The notes: a model not told the origin generated them from the sequence alone. Positions 28,263 to 39,569 are shown, numbered from the stretch's first letter. The stretch is 64,000 bases of DNA from Parcubacteria group bacterium (GCA_943356745.1 CALRFT010000004.1:16269-80268); one strand, 5' to 3'. Numbers and translations: made by a program.

Positions 28263-28790
28263 ATGAATCAGAATTTACAAGAAATCCTCAACAAAACCGC
28301 CGAAGATGTTCGTGGTAGAAACTTACTATCTGGCGATTTATCCTTAAAAAAATTATTGGTATTTGATTTTTATACTTCTTTATTTGAAGATGAAATTCTT
28401 CAGGGGGAGTATCGAGTTGAAGATATCGCTTTAATTGTTTTGTGTTTTTGGAATAATGAAAACAAAGAAAAACAAAAACAATCTGAAGATCGTATTCGTG
28501 ATGTTTTATATGAACCAATAAACGAAAGTTATTTTATTCATTACGCAAAGATATTAAATTACACCGAAGCTTATGAATTTGTTTTAAAAGCAATCTTACA
28601 TGCTTTGGAAAATAACTTTATCCTTCGTGAATCTTTGCGTGACTTACACACAAAAGCACACAAAGTAATGAATCTCTGTTCTCAACTTCCAATGGGAAAA
28701 AGAAACCATATTGGCTTGAGTTACACACTTGGTTTTGTGGAACTTACAAAAGATCCAGCAATTGAGAAGTTTTGTGTACAGATGAATTAA
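28263..28790 (+). CDS. Hypothetical protein
   Basis: ORF from MNQNLQ with a TTGACA promoter and a downstream terminator. Confidence 0.6.
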   Translation: MNQNLQEILNKTAEDVRGRNLLSGDLSLKKLLVFDFYTSLFEDEILQGEYRVEDIALIVLCFWNNENKEKQKQSEDRIRDVLYEPINESYFIHYAKILNYTEAYEFVLKAILHALENNFILRESLRDLHTKAHKVMNLCSQLPMGKRNHIGLSYTLGFVELTKDPAIEKFCVQMN

Positions 28791-28842
28791 AAATGGTTTC
28801 AAAAAACCAAAAGCGCCACACTATAGAGTGAGGCGCTTTTTT

Positions 28843-30372
28843 CTATCTTGCAAAATTAATAATTCTATTTTCTCTAATTGTTACAACTTTTATTTCTCCA
28901 GGATATTGCAAATCTTTTTCAATTTTTTGTGCAATATCTCGTGAAAGATTTTTTGCTTCAATATCTGTAATGTGTTCTGGATTCACAAATACTCGAACTT
29001 CTCGTCCTGCTGAAATAGCATATGCTTTCTCAACTCCTTTGAAATCTGTCACAAGTGTTTCAAGTTCTTTGAGTCGTTTAATATAGTTTTCAACCGTATC
29101 AGACCTTGCACCTGGACGACTTCCGGATATAGCATCTGCTGTTTGAACAATAACAGCCTCTATAGACTCGTAAGGGAACTCATCGTGATGAGACTTCATT
29201 GCGGTGATAATTCTCTCGTCAGCGCCAAATTTTTGCAAAATACGCATACCAATCTCAACATGTGTTCCTTGAACCTCGTGAGTAAGTGCTTTTCCAATAT
29301 CATGAACAAGAGCACCAGCTTTTGAAATATATGCATCAGCGCCAATTTGTTCAGCAAGCATTCCAGCAATATGTGCCATTTCAACTGAGTGAGTCAAAAC
29401 ATTTTGCCCATAACTTGTTCGGAAATGAAGTCTTCCTAGGATTGCAAGAATTCTTGGGTCAAGATTAAATACTCCAACCTCATACGCAGCTTCTTCACCT
29501 TTTTGTTTAATAATCTTATTAATATCATTTCTTGCTTTTTCAACCATTTCTTCAATTTTAACCGGTTGAATTCTTCCATCCATAATAAGATTTTCAAGTG
29601 CAACTCTTGCAACCTGTCTTCGAATTGGATCAAAACTAGAAATCACAATTGTTCCAGGGGTGTCGTCTACTATAATCTCGACACCTGTCGCTCGTTCAAA
29701 CGCTCTTATATTTCTTCCTTCTTTTCCAATAATTTTTCCTTTTATTTCTTCATTTGGAATTGTAAGGGTTGTAGTAACAAGTTCTGGATTTCCCTCATTT
29801 GCCATTCTTTGAATAGCAGCTGCAAGTATATTTCGAGCTTTTTGATCAAGTTTTTCTTGAGCTGTATTCTCAAGCTTTTGAATACGAATCAATAAATCCT
29901 CTTCGTATTTTTGTTCAATATTTTTAAGAAGAATACTTTTTGCCTGTTCTGCATCCAACCGGGCAACTTCTTCGAGTTTTTTCTCTGCTTCTTCCCGTTT
30001 TTTTAATATTTCTTCTTTAATTTCCTTTACTTGTTCAATCTTTTTTTGAACCTCTTCATTTTTTACATCAAGATCATTTAGTTTTTTATCTATCGCATCT
30101 TCCCGTTTACTCAAACGTTCTTCTATTTTTTCAAATTTTTCCTCGTGTTCCTTTGTTTCTTTATCTAACTCTTTTTGTTTTTGTTCTACTTTTTTCTGTG
30201 CTTCTTCGATAATTACCTGTGCTTCTTCTTTTGCTTGAATGAGTTTTTGTTTCACCTCAAGCTCGACAGATCCTCGTTTTCCCATTGTTATGATGAAACG
30301 AAGATAATATCCAAAAGCTGTCCCAGCACCAAGTAAAACAATTGCAAAAATAACAATTGTTACTGTACTCAT
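28843..30372 (-). CDS. rny: Ribonuclease Y
   Basis: TM, coiled coil, KH (KGKIIGKEGRNIR) and HD (HDIGK) domains. Confidence 0.97.
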   Translation of the reverse strand: MSTVTIVIFAIVLLGAGTAFGYYLRFIITMGKRGSVELEVKQKLIQAKEEAQVIIEEAQKKVEQKQKELDKETKEHEEKFEKIEERLSKREDAIDKKLNDLDVKNEEVQKKIEQVKEIKEEILKKREEAEKKLEEVARLDAEQAKSILLKNIEQKYEEDLLIRIQKLENTAQEKLDQKARNILAAAIQRMANEGNPELVTTTLTIPNEEIKGKIIGKEGRNIRAFERATGVEIIVDDTPGTIVISSFDPIRRQVARVALENLIMDGRIQPVKIEEMVEKARNDINKIIKQKGEEAAYEVGVFNLDPRILAILGRLHFRTSYGQNVLTHSVEMAHIAGMLAEQIGADAYISKAGALVHDIGKALTHEVQGTHVEIGMRILQKFGADERIITAMKSHHDEFPYESIEAVIVQTADAISGSRPGARSDTVENYIKRLKELETLVTDFKGVEKAYAISAGREVRVFVNPEHITDIEAKNLSRDIAQKIEKDLQYPGEIKVVTIRENRIINFAR

Positions 30373-30518
30373 AATTTCAAAACCCGTTTTCTATCACTCT
30401 CAGTCTTTATGTTTCATCGTTTCTATCAGAAAAATAGAAAATAGGTTACTTTATCTACTAAACTATTCCCATAGTATCAAAAATATCCAAAAATAAAAAC
30501 CAACCCTAGGGTTGGTTT

Positions 30519-30968
30519 TTATTTTTTGTATTTAATAACAATATGTCTTTCTTTTCCAAATCCAGTTGATTCTGTCTCTAGATCTTCAAGATTTTGCACA
30601 TATTCATGAATAATATGTCTTTCGAAAGCATTCATTGGTTCAAGTTCTACAGAACTTTTGAAAAATCGAGCTCTTTCAGACATCATATGAGCAATTGTTT
30701 TTATTCTTTCTATTTTTTTATCTTGATATCCGTTAATATCAATCATTACATGGTTTGTTTCACCATTTTTCTCAACAAATCTTTTAAGAAGGTGATTGAG
30801 TGATTGAAGTGTTTCACCATCTTTACCTATGAGATCTTTTGAATCTGTTGTAGATATTTTAAAAACCTTTGTTCCACGTTCATCGATATCAAAATCAATA
30901 GAGTTTTGACCGAAACCCATATTTGAAAGCATTTGTTCTATAAAATTTTGAATATCTTGTGTTGTCAT
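30519..30968 (-). CDS. jag: Jag/KhpB RNA-binding protein (KH + R3H)
   Basis: LIGKDGETL; PMNAFERHIIH; synteny with yidC. Confidence 0.9.
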   Translation of the reverse strand: MTTQDIQNFIEQMLSNMGFGQNSIDFDIDERGTKVFKISTTDSKDLIGKDGETLQSLNHLLKRFVEKNGETNHVMIDINGYQDKKIERIKTIAHMMSERARFFKSSVELEPMNAFERHIIHEYVQNLEDLETESTGFGKERHIVIKYKK

Positions 30969-30986
30969 AGGTTTTGGTTATTTAAA

Positions 30987-31709
30987 TTACAATACTGAAA
31001 CGACTGGTTTATTTTGGTATTTTTTCATTATAAATACCTCAATAATAATTGAAACAAGATTGTTTACTACCCAATATAATGCAACAGCTCCCGAAATCCG
31101 ATATGCAATAAGAGTAATAAATACCGGGAGAATATATTTCATTTGAAACTGTAGACTTTTTCCAATTTGAGCTTGAATTCCAGAACCTTCTTGAACAGTT
31201 GTTCTTTTGTTCGCAATAGTTATTTGGAAAAATTGTGTAATACCAGCAAGAATTGCAAGTCCTAGACTTTTTCCAGCAAGATCAGCTCCTAAAAAGCTTG
31301 AATTTACAGCTTCCGGAATCAAAACCCCACTGTAGAGAATATCTCCGTTAAATACTAAACCTTGAAAAAATACATAATACAAAGAGATAACAACAGGAAT
31401 TTGAATCAAAACTGGCAAACAACCAGATAGTGGGTTAACTCCAGCCTTTTTATAAAGTTCGAGTGTTTTTCGTGCTTGTTCTGTTCTGTCGGGAGTTCCT
31501 TCTTTAATTTTATCAATTTCTGGTTGGATCTTTTTCAGTTGAATCTGACTTACCACTGTTTTTATATGGAAGGGAAGTAGAACAAGTTTTACAAGAATAG
31601 TAACCGCAATAACAGCCAAACCTACTGAATTTCCGGGGAGAATAGTAATAAGGTGAACTAAAAGATTATAAAGTGGTATAAAAAATATTTTTCTAAAAAA
31701 TGTAATCAT
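30987..31709 (-). CDS. yidC: Membrane protein insertase YidC
   Basis: NPLSGCLPVLIQIP; ALYWVVNN. Confidence 0.95.
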   Translation of the reverse strand: MITFFRKIFFIPLYNLLVHLITILPGNSVGLAVIAVTILVKLVLLPFHIKTVVSQIQLKKIQPEIDKIKEGTPDRTEQARKTLELYKKAGVNPLSGCLPVLIQIPVVISLYYVFFQGLVFNGDILYSGVLIPEAVNSSFLGADLAGKSLGLAILAGITQFFQITIANKRTTVQEGSGIQAQIGKSLQFQMKYILPVFITLIAYRISGAVALYWVVNNLVSIIIEVFIMKKYQNKPVVSVL

Positions 31710-31754
31710 TAGAAGGTAGTATACCTCATAGAAAAAAGGCTGTAAAATACAGCC

Positions 31755-31982
31755 TTACGGTAAATCTATTCCACCCTTTGATAAAGGGTGGCATTTAGAT
31801 ATTCTTACAGTACTTTTATATAAACCCTTTAAAAAACCATATTTTTTAAAGGATTCTTTGGAATATTCGGAACAAGTTGGTTGAAACCGACAAGTTGGTC
31901 CTGTTTTTATAGAAAAAGCGGCCAAAATAAACTTTACTACTATTTGATAGAAAAAGTATAAAAAATTAATGATTTTGTTCAT
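31755..31982 (-). CDS. yidD: Membrane protein insertion efficiency factor
   Basis: [21 protein letters not shown]. Confidence 0.95.
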   Translation of the reverse strand: MNKIINFLYFFYQIVVKFILAAFSIKTGPTCRFQPTCSEYSKESFKKYGFLKGLYKSTVRISKCHPLSKGGIDLP

Positions 31983-32307
31983 ATATTACAAGGATTTTTT
32001 CATTAATTTCTTGAAATAATCTCTCTCTTGAGACAAGGTTTGAACCCTTTTTAGGGTAAAGAATATAGGAAAAACCTTGTTTTAAAAGGTTTTTTTGCTC
32101 CATTAAAACAGAAAGAAACCTTCTTTTAAGAAAGTTTCTTTCTGTTGCTTTTAATGAAACCTTCTTAGAAATAACCACGGAAATCTTAAATTCTTCTCCT
32201 TGACCTTTTACATATTTAAGAGAAAACGATTGAGAATCAATAATAATCCCTTTTTTAAATAGGTTTTTGAAGAATAAGCTCCCAAGTCTATTCTTTTGAG
32301 GTACCAT
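31966..32307 (-). CDS. rnpA: Ribonuclease P protein component
   Basis: [20 protein letters not shown] (RNR motif); synteny. Confidence 0.92.
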   Translation of the reverse strand: MVPQKNRLGSLFFKNLFKKGIIIDSQSFSLKYVKGQGEEFKISVVISKKVSLKATERNFLKRRFLSVLMEQKNLLKQGFSYILYPKKGSNLVSRERLFQEINEKILVIYEQNH

Positions 32308-32325
32308 AGGTGTTTTATATAAAAA

Positions 32326-32460
32326 TTAAACAGCGATACTAGCTCGACCCTTTCTTCGTCGATTCTTAAGTACGTTTTTCCCCCCTGGAGTTTTTGATCG
32401 TACAAGAAATCCATGGGTTTTATTTCGCTTTCTATTTTTTGGATTAGGTGTAGTTGACAT
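32326..32460 (-). CDS. rpmH: 50S ribosomal protein L34
   Basis: Manual translation [44 protein letters not shown]. Confidence 0.96.
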   Translation of the reverse strand: MSTTPNPKNRKRNKTHGFLVRSKTPGGKNVLKNRRRKGRASIAV

Positions 32461-32661
32461 ACAAGGCAGAGTATATAGTAACAAAAAAAATAAATCAATA
32501 GGGTAATACTTATCTAAAAAAACAAGTTGTTGATGTGTTCAAGAAACGAGTATAATGGTTTTATAAAGTTTTTCCACAGGTAATCAACAGAAGTAGTATA
32601 AACGATTGAATTGTTGCAGGGAGTATAATATTCAAACCTTACTAATTTAGTTTTTAAAATC

Positions 32662-34008
32662 ATGATTGATAATAAACAATTGTGGGATAGTTGTTTAGCT
32701 GAGATAGAACAAAATGTCTCTAAAGCCAATTTTATTACTTGGTTTAAAAATACTCATCTCCAAAAACAAGATCATGGTATCGCCTTTATTGGTGTACCAA
32801 ATGAATTCATTCGTGACTGGCTACAAAATAAATATGAAAAAGTAATTCTAAAAACTCTTATGAATTACTCCAACGCTATTCGTGGTGTAAAATTTACTAT
32901 TTCAAAAACACCTCCTAAAAACAAAGTTATTCAGAGAAATTCAATTCAGGCTTTTAACGAACTACCTCTTACAGAAACATACACATCAAACCAAGAAGAT
33001 AGTCTTAATCCAAGATATACCTTTAAAACCTTTATTGTTGGTTCCTTTAATGAGTTAGCTTTTGCAGCTGCTCAAGCAATTATCAATAAACCAGGTGTTT
33101 CATATAATCCATTCTTTGTTTATGGTCCATCTGGGCTTGGAAAAACACACCTTATTCAAGCTGTTGGTAATGAAATTAAAATACGATATCCCCATAAAAC
33201 AATAAAATATATTTCTCTTGAAAAGTTTGCAATTGATTATGTTAATGCACTTCGTAATAATAAACCCAATGAATTTAAGCAAAAATACAGAAAGTATGAT
33301 GTTTTAATCATGGATGATATTCAATTCATTTCAAACAAAGAAAAAACTCAGGAAGAATTGTTTCACTTATTTAATAATCTATATGAAACAAATAAACAAA
33401 TTATATTTAGTTCTGATAAACACCCTAACTACATTCCAGGTTTAGAAGATCGACTCAAAACAAGATTCTCATCTGGGATGATTGTTGATGTAACTGAACC
33501 TGATTTTGAATCAAGAGTCGCTATTGTTCGAAGTAAGGCAAGTGAGTCTGGAATTGAACTTTCTGAGGAAATATCAGAATATATTGCATCTTCAATCTCA
33601 AATTCAGTTCGAGAACTCGAAGGGAGTCTCAATACTATAATTTGTCAAATTCAACTTAAAAATAGAGAAATTTCCCTCCAAGAAGTTAAAAATCTCATTA
33701 AAAACAATATAAAACCAAAGAAAAATATTTCTATTCCTGAGGTTGTTAAAATTGTAAGTGATTTTTACAACATAGATGAACAATCAATCTATGAAAAAAC
33801 AAGAAGAAAAGAAATTGTAAGAGCGAGACAAATGGTTATGTTTATTCTTCGGGAAGATTTCAATGTTTCATACCCACTCATTGGTCAAAAACTTGGTGGA
33901 AAAGATCACACGACAGTAATCCATTCTTGTTCAAAAATAAAAGATGAACTTAAAAATGATGTTGAATTAACGGGGGATCTTGAACAAATTAGAGCAATGT
34001 TTAGTTAA
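32662..34008 (+). CDS. dnaA: Chromosomal replication initiator DnaA
   Basis: YNPFFVYGPSGLGKTHL, DDIQF, GGKDHTTVIH. Confidence 0.98.
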   Translation: MIDNKQLWDSCLAEIEQNVSKANFITWFKNTHLQKQDHGIAFIGVPNEFIRDWLQNKYEKVILKTLMNYSNAIRGVKFTISKTPPKNKVIQRNSIQAFNELPLTETYTSNQEDSLNPRYTFKTFIVGSFNELAFAAAQAIINKPGVSYNPFFVYGPSGLGKTHLIQAVGNEIKIRYPHKTIKYISLEKFAIDYVNALRNNKPNEFKQKYRKYDVLIMDDIQFISNKEKTQEELFHLFNNLYETNKQIIFSSDKHPNYIPGLEDRLKTRFSSGMIVDVTEPDFESRVAIVRSKASESGIELSEEISEYIASSISNSVRELEGSLNTIICQIQLKNREISLQEVKNLIKNNIKPKKNISIPEVVKIVSDFYNIDEQSIYEKTRRKEIVRARQMVMFILREDFNVSYPLIGQKLGGKDHTTVIHSCSKIKDELKNDVELTGDLEQIRAMFS

Positions 34009-34262
34009 CATGTGGAAAAACCTGTTTAAAAACACTGATTTATGTGAATAAAACTAATATAAATCTTGTGGGATTAAAAAGAATAACTTTTTATTTATTC
34101 ATAAAAACCAAAAGTAATCCCCAAACAAGATAAGTTATTAACAAATAAACCTTTTAGAAAATCAATAAAAAGCATTTATTTTTATTGATTTAATGTGTTT
34201 TATCCACATATCCACAGGACTAATAAATATAATAGATTTTAATATATAAATTATAAACATAT
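34009..34262. promoter_or_regulatory. oriC (DnaA boxes, DnaA-trios, AT-rich unwinding element)
   Basis: TGTGGAAAA, TGTGAATAA, tandem TTATCCACA-TATCCACA at 34200-34216, then GGAC-TAATAAATATAATAG and an AT run. Confidence 0.85.
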
Positions 34263-35363
34263 ATGAAACTTGAGTGTACAACCAAAAATCTCAAAGATGC
34301 TATTGGCAAAGCACAAAAGATTATAGTTAAAAGTTCAAATACTCCAATTTTAAGCTCTGTACTACTAAAAACTATTGACAAATCTCTTTTTATTAGGTCT
34401 ACTAATCTTCATATTGGTATAGAGCTTGAAATTCCTGTGATTATTCAGGAACAAGGATCTTTTTTGGTTTCTGGGGAAGTTTTTTCTCAAGTGTTGTCTT
34501 CAATTCCAGATGAAGGAATGCTTTCTGTGTATGTGGAAGAAGGAAATTTGAAAATTCAAACAAAAAAAAGTGTTATTTCAATAAACTCATCAGGAGATAC
34601 GGAAGAATTTCCAACACTTCCAAAAGTTTCAGAAAAACCCTTCTCCCTTTCTCTTGAATCTTTTCTTGATGGTGTGAAGTCTGTTTATTACTGCGCTTCT
34701 GTTTCTGATATAAAGCCTGAAATTTCGTCTGTATATATGTATTCTGATGGAAATGAGTTAACATTCGTTTCCACTGATTCTTTTCGTTTAGCGGAAAAAA
34801 GAATCTTTGTAGAGGGTCTTCAGGATATTAACGGAATACTTCTCCCATATAAAAATGTTTTAGAATTGATTAAACTCCTTTCTGATTCAGAAGGAGAAGT
34901 AACTATAGGTTTTAATGAAAATCAAATAAATATATCACTTCCTGGAATTTTTATATCTTCTCGAATAGTAAATGGTACATATCCTAACTATAAAATGATT
35001 ATTCCGAAAGAATTTAAAACAGAGGTTATTGCTTTAAAACAAGATCTTCTAAATACATTAAAGTTATCAACTATTTTTTCAGATAAATTTAATCAAATAC
35101 ATGTTGCTATTGATTCAAATACAAAACATTTGATTATGAAAGCAAAAAATTCACAAAAAGGTGAGAATATTTCAGAAATTGATTCAACAATTAAAGGAGA
35201 TTCTATAGAAATAAACTTTAATCACCGTTATTTTACAGAATCATTTCAATCTATAGCTACTGACTCAGTAATAATTCAATGTAATGAAGAAAATAGACCT
35301 GTTGTTATTCAAGGGGTTGGTGATAAAAGTTTTTTATATCTTATTATGCCAATGAGTAGGTAG
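34263..35363 (+). CDS. dnaN: DNA polymerase III beta clamp
   Basis: STDSFRLAE, GTYPNY, YLIMPM. Confidence 0.97.
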   Translation: MKLECTTKNLKDAIGKAQKIIVKSSNTPILSSVLLKTIDKSLFIRSTNLHIGIELEIPVIIQEQGSFLVSGEVFSQVLSSIPDEGMLSVYVEEGNLKIQTKKSVISINSSGDTEEFPTLPKVSEKPFSLSLESFLDGVKSVYYCASVSDIKPEISSVYMYSDGNELTFVSTDSFRLAEKRIFVEGLQDINGILLPYKNVLELIKLLSDSEGEVTIGFNENQINISLPGIFISSRIVNGTYPNYKMIIPKEFKTEVIALKQDLLNTLKLSTIFSDKFNQIHVAIDSNTKHLIMKAKNSQKGENISEIDSTIKGDSIEINFNHRYFTESFQSIATDSVIIQCNEENRPVVIQGVGDKSFLYLIMPMSR

Positions 35364-35367
35364 TTTT

Positions 35368-35619
35368 ATGCAAATAGCTTTATTTTTAAAGAAATTTGAA
35401 ACACTAATTCACGAGAAAAACATATCAAAGAAAATGATATGTGAAGTTTTATTTCAAAATATTAAAAAAGAATTTGATTTAAATAATATAAAGGTTACAA
35501 AAGGAATTCTTTATATAAATACGGATTCTTTTGTTAAAAACACTATTTTCTTTAAAAAAGATAAAATTATTAATGATATTAAAAAAACAACTGGTATTAT
35601 TGTTACAGATATAAAATAA
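35368..35619 (+). CDS. Small protein, possibly DciA/DUF721-like
   Basis: 83 aa, 4 nt after dnaN; KGILYI..KIINDI pattern. Confidence 0.45.
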   Translation: MQIALFLKKFETLIHEKNISKKMICEVLFQNIKKEFDLNNIKVTKGILYINTDSFVKNTIFFKKDKIINDIKKTTGIIVTDIK

Positions 35620-35641
35620 AAACCCCTTTAAGGGGTTTTTA

Positions 35642-38251
35642 TTATTGAGTTATAGAAAATTGAAACTCTTTTTCTTTTATATTAAATACTGAATCTTTTA
35701 ATATTACTTTAAGGGTATTAACTGGTTGTATAGAACCAATAAAACTTGGATTAAATGAATATTCAAGATTTTCTCCAGAGAGTGTTGTTATATAACTATT
35801 GTTTATATATATATCAACTTGTTCAACTGTGTAGTGAGTATCTGTATCTATAGAGAAAGATATTTCTTCATTATTTTGATATGGATCATTTTGATTTAAT
35901 CCCTCAACTTCAAAATCAGGTTGTGTTGATTCTGTATGGATATCATCAAATTGTGTTGGAACATCACTTTGATCTATAGTTGGGTAATTTTGTTTATTTT
36001 GTTCCCACCATTTTTTAACAGAATATTGCCAGTTTATATATTGATTTCCACTTCTTATAGGTTCTCCAGATATAGGATTATCTTTATTTATCCAATGAAG
36101 AATTGAATTTACATCAGTAATAACCAATTCTTCTATTGTCTCCTCTGGTGTCCACTCAGTTGCTAGTTTTTTTGATATTGAATCAATTCTTACAACTTCA
36201 CCTCCCATCCAATTACCTTTAAGGATAGGTTTTAACCCTTCAGTTGAATAACTTGGTGGGGTAAAGCTTTCATTTTGTGTTTTTTGAAGAGCTGTGTTCA
36301 TATACTCTCTCCAAAGTAATCCAGAAATTGTAGAACCTCTTGTCATTGAAGTGTTGTCGTTGTTTCCAGACCAAACCCCAACCACTATATTTGGGGAATA
36401 TCCCATCATCCACGCATCTTTATTATTGTTTGTTGTTCCTGTCTTTCCTGCGACATCTCTTTCTCCAAAATACATGAAGTTGTTTACTGAACCAAAGAGG
36501 CCGAGTCGAGCGTTGTTATCAGATAAAACATCATTTAATTTTCTGATAGGTTCCTCAGGGTAGACTCTAGTGTTTGTTGGTTGATCAAACTTTTCAAGAA
36601 CACTTCCTTGTTTGTCTTGAACTTCAAGAATTGAAACAGGTTCATTATAGATACCTTCTGTTGCAAAAACTCCATATGCTGTAACCATATCAAGTAATGT
36701 TACTTCACCACCTCCCAATACAAGTGTAAGACCATATTGATTTGGGTTTGTGAGAGTTTTAAGACCAAAATCTTTAGCGGTTTTAAGAGCATCTGGAATA
36801 CCAACAAGATATAAGAGTTTTACCGCTGGAACGTTTCGAGATGATCCAAGAGCATTTCTTAGACTAACTGGTCCAACAAATGCTCCATCGTAATTCTGAG
36901 GTTTATAACAATTTGATTGTGATCCTGAAATTACTCTTCCTTCTGGGTCACAAGTTGTTTGAAACTCTGTTGGGGTATCAAATACTACTGTTTCCGGTAA
37001 GTAACCTTCTTTGAATGCTGTTGCGTAAATAAAAGGCTTGAAAGATGATCCAGGTTGTCTTTTTGCAAGAGCTACATTGAATTTCCCATCAATATTTTCA
37101 TCAAAATAATTTCGTGATCCAATCATGGTGAGAATTTCACCCGTGTTTGGGTCCATAGCAACAAGACTTGCATTTGATGCGTTGTATTGTTTCTCGTTAT
37201 CAAGAGCATGTTTCAATACAATAGTTTCACCTTCCTGTTGTAGTTCGTAGTCAATTGTTGTGATAACTTTTAATCCTCCAGATTCAACAACATTTTCACC
37301 ATACCGCGATTCTAGTTGATCAATAACATAAAATACAAAGTGAGGTGCTTTTATTCCAAGTCTGTTGAGCGGAAGGAAAGAAACTTCTTCTTTGAGTGCG
37401 TCTTGATATTCTTCTTCAGTAATAAAATCAAGATCCCTCATATTTTTCAAGACTCTCTGTTGTCTCGCTACTAGAAGATCTGTATTTTTTCCATAAGGAG
37501 AATACCGAGAAGGTGCTTGTGGGAGAGCTGCAAGAAATGCAGCTTCTGCAATACTCATATCTTCAGGGTTTTTTCCATAAAAACTAGAAGAAGCTTCCTG
37601 TACTCCATAAATATTTCCTCCAAACGGTGCTTCATTGAGATATATTTCAAGAATCTGGTCTTTTGTCATTTCTTGTTCAATTCGAAGAGAAATTACAATT
37701 TCTTTAATTTTTCTTGAAATTCTTTTTTCTGAAGTAAGAAGAGTGTTTTTGACAATCTGTTGAGTGATTGTTGATCCACCTTGTGTTAAACCACCTGGTG
37801 TAAGATTACTTACGATTGCTCGTGCAATTGCTTTTACTCGAATACCATTATGTTCATAAAAAGCATCATCTTCAATAGCAATAATAGCTTCTTGGATATT
37901 TTCACCCATATTTTCAATAGGGATTACAGTTCTTCGTATGTCTTGATTTACGTCAAAAAGCAACACCTCTCCAGTTCTGTCGTAGATTTTAGTTGACTGA
38001 GATATTTTTCTATCTTCAAAAGAAGAAAAGTCTGGAATTCTGAAATTTGATACCCAAATAAGAAATAGTCCAAAACAGATAATTCCAAGTAAAGTACCTA
38101 TAAGAGTAATGTTTATTGAATGAATTTTAATAAAGTGCATTGTGTCTTGATATCCACTTTTTACACCAGATTTAAATTCTTTATACAGCTCAACAACTTT
38201 GTGTTTATGAGATGAAATCGTATGTTTAATTTTTTTTAAATTTTTTTTCAT
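35642..38251 (-). CDS. Class A penicillin-binding protein (PBP1A family)
   Basis: IEDDAFYEHNG, GGSTITQQ, RKIKE; SSFK, SRN, KTGT. Confidence 0.95.
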   Translation of the reverse strand: MKKNLKKIKHTISSHKHKVVELYKEFKSGVKSGYQDTMHFIKIHSINITLIGTLLGIICFGLFLIWVSNFRIPDFSSFEDRKISQSTKIYDRTGEVLLFDVNQDIRRTVIPIENMGENIQEAIIAIEDDAFYEHNGIRVKAIARAIVSNLTPGGLTQGGSTITQQIVKNTLLTSEKRISRKIKEIVISLRIEQEMTKDQILEIYLNEAPFGGNIYGVQEASSSFYGKNPEDMSIAEAAFLAALPQAPSRYSPYGKNTDLLVARQQRVLKNMRDLDFITEEEYQDALKEEVSFLPLNRLGIKAPHFVFYVIDQLESRYGENVVESGGLKVITTIDYELQQEGETIVLKHALDNEKQYNASNASLVAMDPNTGEILTMIGSRNYFDENIDGKFNVALAKRQPGSSFKPFIYATAFKEGYLPETVVFDTPTEFQTTCDPEGRVISGSQSNCYKPQNYDGAFVGPVSLRNALGSSRNVPAVKLLYLVGIPDALKTAKDFGLKTLTNPNQYGLTLVLGGGEVTLLDMVTAYGVFATEGIYNEPVSILEVQDKQGSVLEKFDQPTNTRVYPEEPIRKLNDVLSDNNARLGLFGSVNNFMYFGERDVAGKTGTTNNNKDAWMMGYSPNIVVGVWSGNNDNTSMTRGSTISGLLWREYMNTALQKTQNESFTPPSYSTEGLKPILKGNWMGGEVVRIDSISKKLATEWTPEETIEELVITDVNSILHWINKDNPISGEPIRSGNQYINWQYSVKKWWEQNKQNYPTIDQSDVPTQFDDIHTESTQPDFEVEGLNQNDPYQNNEEISFSIDTDTHYTVEQVDIYINNSYITTLSGENLEYSFNPSFIGSIQPVNTLKVILKDSVFNIKEKEFQFSITQ

Positions 38252-38369
38252 TATTTTTTCACAACACTTATAATGTCTTATGTAATACTACCATATTGAC
38301 GTTTTTTATTCTTAACCATTACAGAGGTGTATTATTTACCATAAAGTGGTGTTGTGGTAAAGTAATTAT

Positions 38370-39569
38370 ATGATTTCAACAGATCCAAAGAAAATTAAAG
38401 AACTCCTCTCAAGAGGTGTTGATGAAATAATTGGAAAAGAAGATATTGAAAAAGCACTTCTTTCTGGAAAACAACTTCGAATTAAACTTGGAATTGATCC
38501 AACAAGTCCAAATCTTCATCTTGGGCGATCTATCCCGCTTTTAAAATTGCGAGATTTTCAAGATCTTGGTCATAAGATTGTGATGATTGTGGGAGATTTT
38601 ACAGGAGTCGTGGGGGACACTTCAGATAAGGATTCAGAACGTCCTATGCTTACAGAAAAACAGATTAATGAAAATCTTAAAACATACAAAAAACAACTTG
38701 GTAAAATAATAAATGTTTCAAAAGCGGAGTTTTATTTTAATTCTAAATGGCTCAAAAAACTAAACTTTGCTCAAATTGGTGAATTAGCTAGTATTTTCTC
38801 GGTAAATCAATTTATTTCTCGAGAACTTATCTCAAAACGACTCCGAGAAGGGAAACGTGTTTCACTTCATGAAACTCTTTACCCGCTTATGCAAGGATTT
38901 GACTCGGTCGCGGTAAAGGCTGATGTTGAACTGGGTGGAACTGATCAAAAATTCAATATTCTTGCTGGACGAGATATTCAAAAGCATTTTAATCAAAAAG
39001 AACAAAGTGTTATTCTTGGGCCGATTATTGAAGGGCTTGATGGAAGAAAAATGTCTTCTTCATGGGGAAATACAATAAATTTTCTTGATACTCCAGAAAA
39101 TATGTACGGAAAAATAATGTCCATGAAGGATGAACTTGTTATTAAGTATTTTGAACTTCTTACAAGAGTCTCTTATGATGCGATAGAAGAATATAAAAAA
39201 CTTATCAAAAAGGATCCTAAAAAGGCAAAAATGGCACTTGCGGAAACCATCGTTGTAATGTATCACGGGCAGGATGAGGCTAGTGAGGCAGAAAATTCTT
39301 GGAAAAAAACTTTCGAACTTGGAATGATTCCAGACAATGTAAAACAAGTGAAGGTTCACTTTAAAAAACCACTTGTAGATATTCTTATTGAAGAAGGTCT
39401 TGTAGAATCAAAAAGCGAATTTAAAAGATTAATAGAAGCTGGTTCTATTAAAATAAAACTAAAACAAGAAGAACGAAGAATTATCGACCCAAATTCTCTT
39501 GTTGAAGAATCAACCGATCTTCGTATTGGAAAAAAACGTTTTCTTAAAATAGAGGTTGAGAAAAAATAA
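38370..39569 (+). CDS. tyrS: Tyrosine--tRNA ligase
   Basis: GIDPTSPNLHLG, GGTDQKFN, KMSSS, S4-like tail. Confidence 0.97.
   Translation: MISTDPKKIKELLSRGVDEIIGKEDIEKALLSGKQLRIKLGIDPTSPNLHLGRSIPLLKLRDFQDLGHKIVMIVGDFTGVVGDTSDKDSERPMLTEKQINENLKTYKKQLGKIINVSKAEFYFNSKWLKKLNFAQIGELASIFSVNQFISRELISKRLREGKRVSLHETLYPLMQGFDSVAVKADVELGGTDQKFNILAGRDIQKHFNQKEQSVILGPIIEGLDGRKMSSSWGNTINFLDTPENMYGKIMSMKDELVIKYFELLTRVSYDAIEEYKKLIKKDPKKAKMALAETIVVMYHGQDEASEAENSWKKTFELGMIPDNVKQVKVHFKKPLVDILIEEGLVESKSEFKRLIEAGSIKIKLKQEERRIIDPNSLVEESTDLRIGKKRFLKIEVEKK

Noticed and set aside
38263-38288. dif-like site ATAA-TGTC-TTATGTAA
   Set aside because: Spacer is 4 bp rather than 6 and the site is next to the origin
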